Source of the DNA: Desulfomonilia bacterium
GTDB taxonomy: Bacteria > Desulfobacterota > Desulfomonilia > UBA1062
Direction: 5' to 3'
DNA: 64,000 bases
NCBI GenBank assembly: GCA_963664325.2
Contig: CAXXDQ010000007.1
Span: forward strand, 1-64,000
This document shows, piece after piece, positions 1-10,780 of the stretch. The translations under genes were made by a program, and so were the position numbers. How positions within the stretch are numbered: the first letter of the stretch is position 1; each line of letters opens with the position of its first letter. The notes beneath the pieces were generated by a model. That model saw nothing but the letters and a program-made list of their open reading frames with translations, did no database searches and had not been told where the DNA came from.

Positions 1-138
1 GAACGCGCAGGTAGAGACGCAGGCGTTAATCTTTTCGGCGAGCTCCCTGGCCCTTGATATAAGCTGTAGAGTTACCCTGCTTTTAAAGTAATTTCTGTAA
101 TCGCCATATATGAGAATCGAACGTTCGGGTTTTGTCAT
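1..138 (-). CDS. etfA: Electron transfer flavoprotein alpha subunit, N-terminus (runs off window start; one apparent frameshift)
   Basis: Manual translation MTKPERSILIYGDYRNYF/..RVTLQLISRARELAEKI resembles the EtfA N-terminus; directly follows etfB. Confidence 0.6.
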   Translation of the reverse strand, partial: MTKPERSILIYGDYRNYFKSRVTLQLISRARELAEKINACVSTCAF

Positions 139-962
139 TTTCCGGACCCTTTTACCATATCCTTGCCTATGGCTCTCCGCAATGCGCTCCCCGAATCTTT
201 CAAACAGCTCAAGGGCCACTTTTTTGGCCGGGCCCTTAAGGACGATATTTTTTTTGCCCGCCTTCGTCGAACTTATGCCAAGTATTCTGGTGGGAGAACC
301 TGACGGACCGATTTTAAGCGGGTCGGCATTAATAGCTTTTGCATCCAGCATGATAATCTGCGCATCATCAAAAGAGGTATTTATATGCGGAGAATGAAAT
401 ATACCTGGGAAGATAGCGTCTTGTCGAAAACGGTCACAAGCCCGGGCAGATCGAATTCGAGGTTTTCAAGAAAGCCGTCCGCTTCTCTCGTTACAGAGAG
501 CGTGCGTCCGTTTATTTCCATATATTCAACCCATGCGACCTCTGGCAGGTTAAGGTCTTCGGCAAGCTGCGGGCCGACCTGTCCGGTCTCGCTGTCGCTG
601 GTGTAGCAGCCGCACAGAACAAGGTCGAAATCAGGGCAAACCTTTGTTATCGCACAGGCCAGCGTGTAGGACGTGGCCAGCGTGTCGCATCCGGCGATTA
701 TGCTGTCGCTTATGAGTACGCCTGCATCCGCACCCATGGCTGCTGCTTCAAAGAGGACCTCCTTTGCCTGGGGCGGTCCCATGGTAACGGCCGTTATGTG
801 CCCGCCGTAGGATTCTTTTAATTTCAATGCGGCTTCAAGGGCGTGTTTGCAGGCCTGGTTCATGACACCTTCCGAAAGGTCGCGCCTCAGATTTCCCGTT
901 TCTGTATCCCAGGGGAGTTCAGTCACCATCGGGACCTGTTTAATGCATACGACCAGTTTCAC
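135..962 (-). CDS. etfB: Electron transfer flavoprotein beta subunit (frameshifted near 370-420)
   Basis: VCIKQVP, VTMGPPQA, DTLATS, DSETGQVGPQLA motifs; C-terminal PRYIS and IGPSGSPTRI continue in other frames; 3' end approximate. Confidence 0.85.
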
Positions 963-1019
963 CTGCTTCTCCTGAAAAAATCATATGCCTTGTCTTTTGC
1001 CAGGCACTGTACATGCTTT

Positions 1020-2173
1020 TTATTGAGGCCTTGAAAGTATCGATCGAGAAATTACAATTCTCTGTATCTCGCTGGTGCCTTCGTAAATCTCTGTAATCTT
1101 TGCGTCACGGAAATATACCTCTCGACATCATATTCCTTGCTGTAGCCGTAACCGCCGTGAATCTGAACCGCCCTGGATGTGACCCTGGAGGCCGTTTCGC
1201 TGCATGCGAGTTTTGCCATAGCCGCTTCTGATGAGAAAGGGGCCCCTGAATCCTTCATTGCGCTTGCCCGGTAAAGAAGGAGTCTTCCCCGCATCAACTT
1301 CAAGGGCCATGTCTGCTATCATGTTCTGAATAGTCTGGAAGGAGGAAATGGGTTTTTTGAACTGCTGGCGTTCCTTTGAGTACCTTACCGAGGCTTCAAA
1401 GGCAGCCTGGGCAATCCCGAGCGCCTGCGCAGCAATGCCTATGCGTCCGGTATCAAGCGCAATTAGGCCTATCTTCAGACCGTCGCCCGGTTTTCCTATG
1501 ATGTTTTCCTCAGGAACCCTGCAATCCTCAAGGAAAAGTGATGAGACAGGATTGGCGCGCATGCCGCAGAGGTCCTCGCATTCACCGACAGAAAAGCCCG
1601 GAGCGTCCTTGTCCACCACAAATACGCTGGCCGCCTTTTTCGGGTTTTCAGGATTGGTTACGGCAAATATAAGCGGGGCTCCGCAAATGGCCCCGTTTGT
1701 GACGAATATCTTGGTGCCGTTTATGATGTAGAAGCCGCCTTCCCTGACCGCTGTCGTTTCGACGCCGCCTGCGTCGGAACCGGCATTTGCCTCGGTTATG
1801 CAGAAGGCTCCGATTATGTCGCCGCTGGCAAGTTTCGGGAGATATTTCTCCTTGAGTTCGCGGGAACCGAACTTTGCAATCGGGAACATGCCGACACTGT
1901 TGTGCACCGTTATGCAAAGGCCTATCGCCGCACTTACCCTGGACAGTTCTTCTATGGCAATTGAATAGCTTATACCCGTCAAGGTCCGCCCCGCCGTACT
2001 CCCCTCGGGGCCTGCAGACCGAAATAGTTCAGCAGCCTCATTTTCTCTATGACTTCCCATGGGAAACGCGCTTCCCGGTCGATATCATGCGCGATGGGAG
2101 CAAGCTCGGTTTCGGCAAATTCCCGGACGGCCTTTCTGACAACCTTGTGTTTCATGTCCGGTTTAAAATCCAA
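1020..2173 (-). CDS. Acyl-CoA dehydrogenase, butyryl-CoA dehydrogenase-like (several frameshifts)
   Basis: ORF pieces 1979-2173, 1128-2060 and 1052-1303 plus a manually read tail: [53 protein letters not shown]. Confidence 0.9.
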
Positions 2174-2184
2174 ATCCGCCTCCG

Positions 2185-2990
2185 TTATGAACTGCCTGCA
2201 GCTATCTCTTGCCGCTTACTTTTGAAAAACATCATAACCGCTTCGGCATGCCCCTGATCCGCGGCCTTTTTCAGCCACTGCATCGACGTATTGACGTCTT
2301 TACCTATGCCTTCACCACGTCCGTACATTATGCCGAGATTGAACTGTGCCTGGGCATCATCCTGTTCTGCCGCCATCAGGAACCATTTGATCGCCTTTCC
2401 ATAATCCTGTTCTAGACCGTCACCGCTGTAATATCTTATTCCGAGGTCGTATTGAGCATCCACATCACCTGCTTCAGCCTGAGCCTTGAGTTTTTCGAGC
2501 TTTTCCTTAGTGAACGGGGATTTGCCGGGTACGTTCTCGGAATGTGATTCCGTAAAAGTTATACTGTCTCCGTCAATCTGCATTTTCTGGATGGCACTGT
2601 TCCACCTGCCGGACGAGATTTTCGACTTGTGCTTTCGGATGCCCTTGAGAAGCCGCTTTCAAGTACCATTTATAGGCCTCTTCATTATTAGGTTCAATAC
2701 CCGTGCCGCCTTCATCATATATGGATGCTACTATGAACTGCGCCTCAACATGTCCGTGTCCTGCGGCTTTAAGATACCAGTTGAAGGCCTCGCGGATATT
2801 TTTTATCCATCCCGATCCCTTCATTATATCTTTTTGCGAGTTCATACTGGGCAAAGACGTCACCGTGTTCAGCAGCACGGAGCTGTTTCTCGAGGCTTGC
2901 TGAACCGGTCTTGAAACCGCCTTTAGCGGATATGAACCAGATAACTCCGACTACCGCCGCGAATATCAATATTATAATTAAATATTCCAT
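2185..2990 (-). CDS. Sel1-repeat (SLR) protein with N-terminal membrane anchor (split into 3 ORFs)
   Basis: Repeated AQYDLG..Y..GDG...DY.KA.KWF..AAEQ motifs in ORFs 2769-2990, 2573-2878 and 2185-2583; hydrophobic N-terminus. Confidence 0.85.
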
Positions 2991-3294
2991 CGCTTACTCC
3001 GTTATTAATTGGGGCTGTAACTTTTAAAAGAGGTAGCATTTGTCCCTAAAAATGGCAATCATTCCTTTTTCCCGCCGCAACCGTTTTCCTGATGAAACTT
3101 GATGCATATGTTCAAATTATTCTTCATGCATAATCCGCATTTTATTTCAGGACACATCTGACACAGGTTGCAGTCGGGGCAGGGATGCTTTCTGGGGGTG
3201 TGCGATGAATTCTCAGGTATGAAAACAAGGCCCTTTATCCTGCTGGTCTCTTACAAACGGCATATCGACTCAGGGCCTCTTTTCAGAATTATCC

Positions 3295-4099
3295 TTAGGA
3301 AAGAAATCCTGAAGATTTATTTTTTCATGACCGGAGCGCTTATCTTCCTGTATCCGGCCGGTATATCAAGGATCCCGGCAGGGGCTTTGCCTTCTTTGTA
3401 TTCAAGAAGTTCAACCGTTGACTTGATGGATGTGCCCATTGATGTTTGTAAAAGTGGAAGAAAGAACGGAGATGCCTTTTATTTTCGAATATTCCTTTTG
3501 AGCCTTTTCAAAGGATTCCTTCAAGCCTGCCTGGTTGGTCATGGACATGCTGAGGGCCTTGTATTTTGAAAACAGGCTCTGGTCAATCTTGATGTCCTGT
3601 GTCGCCCATATGGTTGTGAGTGACGGGCCCATGACCGTGTCGAGCTTCATCTCATATTTTTTGCAGTTCCAATCATTTATTTTTTCTGGATTCATTCATC
3701 TCTTTTATGCTCAGCTTGAACTGCATCATATTCTGCATCATTGTGTTCATGGCCTTTTTTTCTTCGGTAGACATATTCTTGTCATTGAGCGATTCTTTAA
3801 TGACCTTGCCGACATTCAGCGACTGCTCCATATAGGTCTTGTCTTTTTTCTCGATGATATATGCCATGTTTTTTATCAACCCTGAATATCATGCAGTGAT
3901 CATCGCCTTCGCTGCTGAATCCGTCTTTTGTCATCCATATGGTTTCAATGGAGTCTTTAGCAGGCATCTTGTTGCCCATTATCTGGTAACTGTCGGTGTG
4001 GTGCTTCTGCTTGAGCATGACATCTGCAGAAGCGATGCCCGGCAGCATGCATAATGCGATTAAGGAGACAGCCAAAACGGGACAAAGTGTTTTTTTCAT
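3295..4099 (-). CDS. Secreted protein, DUF4412-like (frameshifted)
   Basis: Signal peptide MKKTLCPVLAVSLIALCMLPGIASA; KINDWNCKKYEM, TIWATQDI and C-terminal DIPAGYRKI; pieces in several frames. Confidence 0.6.
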
Positions 4100-4235
4100 A
4101 ACGTTTCCTCCGGGTTTTTTATACCGGGGCGTCATAACTTGGCAGACCATCGCCGCTTCTGAAGCCTGCTTTGTTCTGAAGCCCTGTTGGTGCAACTTTT
4201 TTATATCATCATATATGGCATCTTTCCGGGTCAAG

Positions 4236-5679
4236 TTACGCCAGGGTTACTATCTTCAGTGAGTTCACTTTCCCCACTTTTTCATCGGGAAGCCGCCTGG
4301 TTATGAGTATCCTGTCTCCCGGTCTAATCCTCCCTGCTTTTTTAAGCCCGTCGATGATGGCATCATCTGAAACCGTCTCGGAATATAATACGGGCAGGGT
4401 GCCATATGACAGTAGCAGGAAATTCCGTACATCATTTCTGGAGCAGATGGGGATTATCCATGTGTCCGGCTTATATCTGGAGATTCTTCTGGGCGTTCCT
4501 CCGGTGCGGGTCGGGGCAAGTACATATTTGATTTTAAGAGTGTTGATAGCCTCAAGGGCATCAAGCGATAATACATCCTCCGATGAAACGTTTTTGCAGA
4601 ACAAAAGGCTTTTTACCGCCTGGCTTATCACGGGCCCGCCTGCATGGGAGAAGCGCCTTTTTTCCGTGGAAGCAGCGATCTTTGCCATCATGGCCACGGT
4701 CTCTGCAGGGAATTTTCCGATGGCCGCTTCTTCGGAAAGCATTACTGCATCTGTACCGTCAAGGATTGCATTCGCCACGTCTGTGACCTCAGCCCTTGTA
4801 GGCCTGATGTTGTCGACCATGGACTCGAGCATCTGTGTGGCCGTTATTACGGGCTTGCCTGCAAGGTTGGCCTTGAAGATCAATTCCTTCTGCAGAATAG
4901 GGACATTCTCTATTGGCGTTTCTACACCGAGGTCTCCGCGTGCCACCATTATACCGTCAGCGATATCAAGGATGCCGTCAATGTTCTTAAAAGCCTCTAT
5001 GCGTTCTATTTTGGCAACTACATGGATATCTTTGCCCAGTGATTTAGCAGCCTCCTTTATTTTCCTGATATCCGAGGCGGACTGGACGAATGAGACGCCT
5101 ACCGCGTCCACGCCTACTTCGATCCCGAATTTAAGAAGCTCAAGATCGTGCCCGGTTACGGCATCGACGCTGATATGCGCCCCGGGCAGATTAAGCCCTT
5201 TGTGAGACAGGAGCTGCCCGCCGATGAACACCCTGCATTTAACATCAGTTTCGTTGACATCAATGACCTTCAGCTGGACGAACCCGTCGTTAAGATAGAT
5301 CATGCCGCCCTTCGAAACGCTTTGGGGGAGTTCTTTGAATTGGACGGGGATGAGATCATGCGTGCCCGGCACATCATTAGTGGTAAGTGTGGTGATCTCG
5401 CCTTTTCTCAGAATGATGGCGCCGTCTTTAAGTATGCCCAGCCTGATTTTAGGGCCCGGCAGATCTGCAAGAATTGCAACGGGTCTTCCCAGTGAGGATG
5501 AAAACTTCCCTGATCGTATTTATATCACGCCTGTGCTCGCCTTGTTCCCCGTGACTGAAATTGAGCCTTGCCACGTTCATGCCTGCAAGTATCATTTTTT
5601 TAAGGACTGCTTTATTTCTCGATGATGGGCCTATGGTACAAACGATCTTTGTTTTATGAAGCGGAAGTTTGTTATTCAT
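4236..5679 (-). CDS. pyk: Pyruvate kinase (one frameshift in an A-run near 5501)
   Basis: KTKIVCTIGP, ARLNFSHG, DLPGPKIR, VAKIER, MVARGDLGVE, TATQMLESM, PTRAEVTDVANA. Confidence 0.95.
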
Positions 5680-6043
5680 GCAAAAAGATTACAGATGCTT
5701 TAGCGTTGTTGTCAATTGGTAATATCGTATCAGACTCTCGGGTGAGCGATAAATGCATTTCCATCAGAAATCCGTAATCGATGTAAGGTGGTGCCTCCGG
5801 CATTACAAGCCTCGTACTGGCTGAGCTTTCCTGAAGTAAAACAACCGGGGGCCGAGTATCTCCGGACTCCTTAGGGCTTTGAGATTAAAATGCATGGGAT
5901 GTGGATTGACCTGTTAATTTTTAATGGAGAATGCATCTGAACCCCCGTATAAAAAACATCAGGCAGGCTTGACAGGAATAAAATGAAAAAACAGGTAATA
6001 TTTAATAGACAATATTCCTGTTGGAATTTAATGTAGGAAAATT

Positions 6044-7228
6044 ATGAAAAACAAAAGTCGTACAGTCGGTATTTTTGCCGCGCTTTGTATTTCGACCTGC
6101 GCCGTAATGCTGGGCGTGGGTATCCTTATGCCGATTATACCACTTTATGCCATGAACCTCGGGGCGTCCGGCACGATGGTCGGGGTGGTCATTGCCAGTC
6201 TGGCGTTCACTATGGCCATTTCCAACCCTGTAGTAGGGAGGCTTGCGGACAAATACGGCTATAAGCAGTTTATAGTAATCGGGCTTATATTCAACATACC
6301 GATAGCCCTGGCCTATATATTCGCAAAGAACGCCTCGCACCTCATTGCCATACGTTTGATTGAAGGTGTGCTGACGGCGCTGGTTGAATCGGTCTCCTAT
6401 GCATATGTGGGATCTATCGCACCGAAGGACAAAGAAGGCTCTTATATGGCTATCTTCAACACGTTCATGATGATGGGATTCGGGATAGGACCGATCATGG
6501 GCGGTTTTCTAATGGACAGGATAAATATGAAGGCGCCTTTTATCGCCATGGCGGCATTCCTGGCCTTGAGCCTTCTGCTTGTAATAATCCTTGTGCCTAA
6601 AGATACAAAAAACAGGGATGAAAGGCATAGAGAGAAAATCAATAAAAGCGAAACACCCCTTAAAGATGCCCTGTCATCAGATATTCTCAAAGGGCTTCTC
6701 GTTTATGCATTGATAGTTTCGATAGGACAGAGCGGGCTGTTCGCATTCCTGCCGGTCATTACTCAAAGACAGGGGCTCAGTGCAAGCCAGATAGGTTTCC
6801 TGTCATCAGTCATCATGATAACGGCAGGCGTGCTCCAGACGCCGTGCGGATTTCTGGCCAACAAGTACAACAAGCTTTGGCTCCTGATGTCGGGGATCTT
6901 CCTTATCGCAGTCGACCTTGCATTCGTACCGGCCTGCGCAGGATTCTGGGGTTTTTTCATCCTTAGCGTGATAGGCGGAGTGGGTTCCGCAATCTCCAAT
7001 CCTGCCGGCAACGCAATACTCGTAAGAGGTACAAAGAACATAGGAATAGGCTTCTCCATGGGCCTTTTTAACCTTTTCTTCGGTATGGGCATGATAATAG
7101 GACCTGTGCAGGCCGGCATAGTAATGGATACGATCAGCCTTGATATGGTTTTTTACATAAGCGCTGCCTTGTTTGTCCTGTCAGCGCTGGTCATCTATTT
7201 GTACCTGAGGAAAGTCTCTTCATTGTGA
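6044..7228 (+). CDS. MFS transporter
   Basis: About 12 hydrophobic segments; MFS motif A GRLADKYGYK. Confidence 0.9.
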   Translation: MKNKSRTVGIFAALCISTCAVMLGVGILMPIIPLYAMNLGASGTMVGVVIASLAFTMAISNPVVGRLADKYGYKQFIVIGLIFNIPIALAYIFAKNASHLIAIRLIEGVLTALVESVSYAYVGSIAPKDKEGSYMAIFNTFMMMGFGIGPIMGGFLMDRINMKAPFIAMAAFLALSLLLVIILVPKDTKNRDERHREKINKSETPLKDALSSDILKGLLVYALIVSIGQSGLFAFLPVITQRQGLSASQIGFLSSVIMITAGVLQTPCGFLANKYNKLWLLMSGIFLIAVDLAFVPACAGFWGFFILSVIGGVGSAISNPAGNAILVRGTKNIGIGFSMGLFNLFFGMGMIIGPVQAGIVMDTISLDMVFYISAALFVLSALVIYLYLRKVSSL

Positions 7229-7687
7229 TCTTGGCGACGAGGCCAGGAAGAACGCCTCGGCTTTTTGAATAAATGACGAAGGGGTAGGCGGCGGTCCGTC
7301 TTCGAGATACAGCCCGAGATCTCTAAGCCTGTCGATTTCTCCATAGAGCTCTTCTGTTTTGCAGCCGCTCACGCGCGATGCATGGACGATGCGCATTATG
7401 AATGTTTGCGTTAGCATGCCGCAGATATCTTTGTCCTTTGAGAGTGCCTCAACAAGCGAATCAAGAACCTCCCTGTTCTTTAAAGAAAAGGCCTCGTCCT
7501 GCACTGGAAAGTTGAATATATATCCGGTTACCGCCGCTGCAAATCTTGTGGAATCATTTTCAAATTCCGTTTTATAGCGTTCGCTGAGTCTGGCTATAAT
7601 GCCTGCAATAATAAGCTTTTCGGCCTGTTTGAAATGTTCGGCGGTAAATATTTTTTGCGATTGTCTGCTGCAGACCTTGTTTCCCAT
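7220..7687 (-). CDS. Hypothetical protein
   Basis: 155-aa ORF co-oriented directly after the serine hydrolase gene. Confidence 0.6.
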   Translation of the reverse strand: MGNKVCSRQSQKIFTAEHFKQAEKLIIAGIIARLSERYKTEFENDSTRFAAAVTGYIFNFPVQDEAFSLKNREVLDSLVEALSKDKDICGMLTQTFIMRIVHASRVSGCKTEELYGEIDRLRDLGLYLEDGPPPTPSSFIQKAEAFFLASSPRSQ

Positions 7688-7703
7688 CCTCTTACCCTTT
7701 CTG

Positions 7704-9125
7704 CTAGGCTGTGCCGGATACGGCCCTTACGATCCCGGAGAGGAAGAAGTCCATCTGGCTGTAATCCCAGGAATCCGGATCCCATGTTATTCCCATGCGG
7801 ACAACGACAAGCCTGTGCGAGGGGATGACGGCAACCTGCTGGCCCTCGAAGCCTTCGAAAGAAAACATGTCCGGGGGAACATCTGGCATTACCCTTTCGC
7901 CCGGGTTGTTTCGCGGGCCTGCATTAAGCCATATCTGCGCACCGTATTCCCCTTTCGGCGACATGGGCGTGGGGGTTGTCGAATATTTGACCCATCCTTC
8001 AGGCAGTATGCGTTCGCCTTTTAATACGCCATCGTTCAGATAGAGCAGCCCGAGACGGGCCCAGTCCCTGGGTGTGGCGTACATGAATGACGATCCGACA
8101 AAAACGCCGTCAGGGTCCGGTTCAATGACGGCCGACTGCATGCCCAGCTTGTCGAAGAGGGCTTTTCTGGGGAATGCGAAGAACTCAGAATCCGTCCCGC
8201 CGGAGGCCTGCCTGATTAAGCGTGAAATGATGTTAGTCGTGCCGCTCGAATAATACCATTTTGTATCGGGAGAGGTTTCAAGTGGCTTCGATGATGCAAA
8301 ACACCCGGCACAGGCGCTGTTGAAGAGCATCTGTATGGCGTCGGATAAAGGCCACACATAGTCTTCTCCAAATTTCAGCCCGCTGCTCATACGCATCAGT
8401 TCATCCAGGGTTATTGCGGAACGGGGGTCGCCAGGTATCTGCCATTCTGCAACCGGGGCCGGTCCCTTCAAGGACAGCTTCCCTTCCTTGACGAGTATGC
8501 CGGTAAGGGCGTTTGTCGCGCTTTTGGACATCGACCATCCCAGCTGGGGTGTATACCTGTCGAAGCCTTCGGCGTAGCGTTCTGCTATGATTCTGCCGTC
8601 GTAGACAACTACAACGGCCCTTGCCATCATAGGCGATTTGCGGCTGCCCGGAGAAAATGCCCATTCAAGTGTTTTGTCAAGCAGGGGTTTGTCTATATTT
8701 GCCGGAAGAGGCGTATCCGGAATCAGGTCGCCGTCGGGCCAGGGGATATTAGAGCGGTCTTGAGCAGGTGCTGGCTTATACCCTGAGGCCTGCTTTTTGA
8801 GGTCATCCGCGGACTTGCCCAGGACAAGCGTGCAGCCTAAGCCCTCGCGGTATAACGCCGTGCGTTTTGCCAGACCCAGGAAATTGCCGGTCACGCTCTT
8901 TGCTTGCTTATCAATGTCAAAGCCGATATAGCCAAGCCCCGCCACATCCTCTTTGACAACCTGATCAGGATTGCGCCCGGCCAGAAAGACGCAGGAGCAG
9001 ATGCGCTTTGCCTTGTATGCGCTTCCGATCGGAGCGATCTTGACAATGAAGAAAGTGGAGGCGCAGGCGATAATAATGATCATCACAGCCAGTGTCGACG
9101 AAATCCACTTTGTGATTTTTTTCAT
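7704..9125 (-). CDS. Serine hydrolase, beta-lactamase/AmpC-like family, exported
   Basis: SxxK motif (WSMSKS), YSSG, RDWARLGLLYLNDG; N-terminal hydrophobic anchor. Confidence 0.9.
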   Translation of the reverse strand: MKKITKWISSTLAVMIIIIACASTFFIVKIAPIGSAYKAKRICSCVFLAGRNPDQVVKEDVAGLGYIGFDIDKQAKSVTGNFLGLAKRTALYREGLGCTLVLGKSADDLKKQASGYKPAPAQDRSNIPWPDGDLIPDTPLPANIDKPLLDKTLEWAFSPGSRKSPMMARAVVVVYDGRIIAERYAEGFDRYTPQLGWSMSKSATNALTGILVKEGKLSLKGPAPVAEWQIPGDPRSAITLDELMRMSSGLKFGEDYVWPLSDAIQMLFNSACAGCFASSKPLETSPDTKWYYSSGTTNIISRLIRQASGGTDSEFFAFPRKALFDKLGMQSAVIEPDPDGVFVGSSFMYATPRDWARLGLLYLNDGVLKGERILPEGWVKYSTTPTPMSPKGEYGAQIWLNAGPRNNPGERVMPDVPPDMFSFEGFEGQQVAVIPSHRLVVVRMGITWDPDSWDYSQMDFFLSGIVRAVSGTA

Positions 9126-9147
9126 GGTATCCCACCCTTTTCACGTT

Positions 9148-10761
9148 TTAAGCGCAGAACACGCTTGCCTCATAAGGCATTATATTGACAACCCGGTCAG
9201 TTATAATGCTGTCACTAAACCTGTGCGTGGAAAGCATGGCCTGTAATTTATGCGAGCCCAGGTCAGCCTTTCTGGCTGCATTGGAGAAATTGAGCACGAT
9301 AAGCATTTCTTCGTTTTCGTAAACACGCTTGTAGGCAAGGATGTCATTTTTAGCTTCAATTACGGGGATCCACTCTCCGCGCTCAAGGGCAGGATGTTTC
9401 TTCCGGAGCGCTATCATATCCTTGTAGAAATTTAGGACTGAATTTCTATCTGCAAGTTCTGAGGAGACATTCACAATATCATAATCATCATTTACCGGCA
9501 GCCAGGGTGAGGCTGATGAAAAACCGGCATTGGGTATATCAGACCACTGCATCGGTGTGCGCTCGGGGTCACGGCCGGGATGGAACGGCCAGTATTTGAT
9601 GCCGATGGGGTCATGAAGCATCTTTTTTGGAATTGTGCCGTTTTTCATTCCGAGCTCTTCGCCGTAATATATGAAGGGCGTGCCTTTAAGCGTTAGCAGC
9701 ATGATCGCGATGAGCTTTGCCCTGGGTATGCTTTCGGCTCCCTTCGCATATCGGCTGAAGCTCCTGAACTGGTCATGGTTGTTGAATACATGGCACGGCC
9801 ATCCTCCGGCAGGTATGTGAGAGAGCCATTCACTTATATGCTTATAGAAGACATCGGCGCCCCACTTGGCGTTCATATGGGAAAAATCAAAGACCAGGTG
9901 AAGTTCGTCATTGCCGCTTCCATAATATCCGGAAGCGATTTCAGGATTGCCGCCAGGGTTTTCAACTGCGATCTCGCCTACTGACATGCGCTCGCCGTAA
10001 CCGTCAAGTATGGAGCGGAATTCCTTCAGTATGCCGTGCGTTTCAGGCTGGTCCCTGTCATATATATGGTTCTGAAGGTCATAAGGACGCGGTGCATTGG
10101 GGCCTATTCCGAAAGGATTGCTCCTGAACTGTGCGTCCTTGATGAAAAAATTGCAGACATCCAGCCTGAACCCGTCAACACCCTTGTCCAGCCAGAATCT
10201 TATCATGTCGAACATGGCCTTTTTGAGCTCGGGGTTGCGCCAGTTCACATCGGGCTGTTCCGTCAGAAACAGGTGCAGGTAATACTGCCCGGTTTTCTCG
10301 TCAAAATCCCATGCGCGGCCTCCGAATGCAGCCATCCAGTTGTTAGGCGGGCGGCCCTTGACAGGGTCCTTCCAGATATACCAGTCGCGTTTCGGGTTGT
10401 ATTTTGAAGAGGCGGATTCGACGAACCAGGGATGGAGATGGGATGTGTGGTTCATGACGAGGTCCGTGATGATCCTTATGCCGCGGTTGTGAGCTTCCTT
10501 TATCAGGTTCTCAAAATCGGCCAGTTTGCCGAAGACCGGGTCGATGTCGTTGTAATTGCTGATGTCATAACCGAAGTCGAACATGGGAGAGACATTGATT
10601 GGCGAAAGCCATATGCCTTCGATCCCCAGGTCCTGAAGATAGTCAAGCTTTGCTGTTATGCCGGGGATGTCGCCTGTGCCGTCGTCATCGGCATCGTAAA
10701 AGCTCCTCGGATATATCTGGTACATAACACCGTGTTTCCACCAAAGTCTGTCTTCCGACAT
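9148..10761 (-). CDS. GH13 alpha-glucosidase / oligo-1,6-glucosidase
   Basis: YQIYPRSFYD, DLVMNHTS, GFRLDV, GE, NNHD motifs; start moved to MSEDRLWW after a GGAGG RBS. Confidence 0.92.
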   Translation of the reverse strand: MSEDRLWWKHGVMYQIYPRSFYDADDDGTGDIPGITAKLDYLQDLGIEGIWLSPINVSPMFDFGYDISNYNDIDPVFGKLADFENLIKEAHNRGIRIITDLVMNHTSHLHPWFVESASSKYNPKRDWYIWKDPVKGRPPNNWMAAFGGRAWDFDEKTGQYYLHLFLTEQPDVNWRNPELKKAMFDMIRFWLDKGVDGFRLDVCNFFIKDAQFRSNPFGIGPNAPRPYDLQNHIYDRDQPETHGILKEFRSILDGYGERMSVGEIAVENPGGNPEIASGYYGSGNDELHLVFDFSHMNAKWGADVFYKHISEWLSHIPAGGWPCHVFNNHDQFRSFSRYAKGAESIPRAKLIAIMLLTLKGTPFIYYGEELGMKNGTIPKKMLHDPIGIKYWPFHPGRDPERTPMQWSDIPNAGFSSASPWLPVNDDYDIVNVSSELADRNSVLNFYKDMIALRKKHPALERGEWIPVIEAKNDILAYKRVYENEEMLIVLNFSNAARKADLGSHKLQAMLSTHRFSDSIITDRVVNIMPYEASVFCA

Positions 10762-10780
10762 ATTCACCTCCGTTATGCCC

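Noticed and set aside
4303-5205. Long antisense ORFs (also 10775-11578, 29889-30701, 37649-38326, 41875-42693, 47774-48496 and many smaller ones)
   Set aside because: They lie opposite well-supported genes and have no motifs; shadow ORFs caused by codon bias
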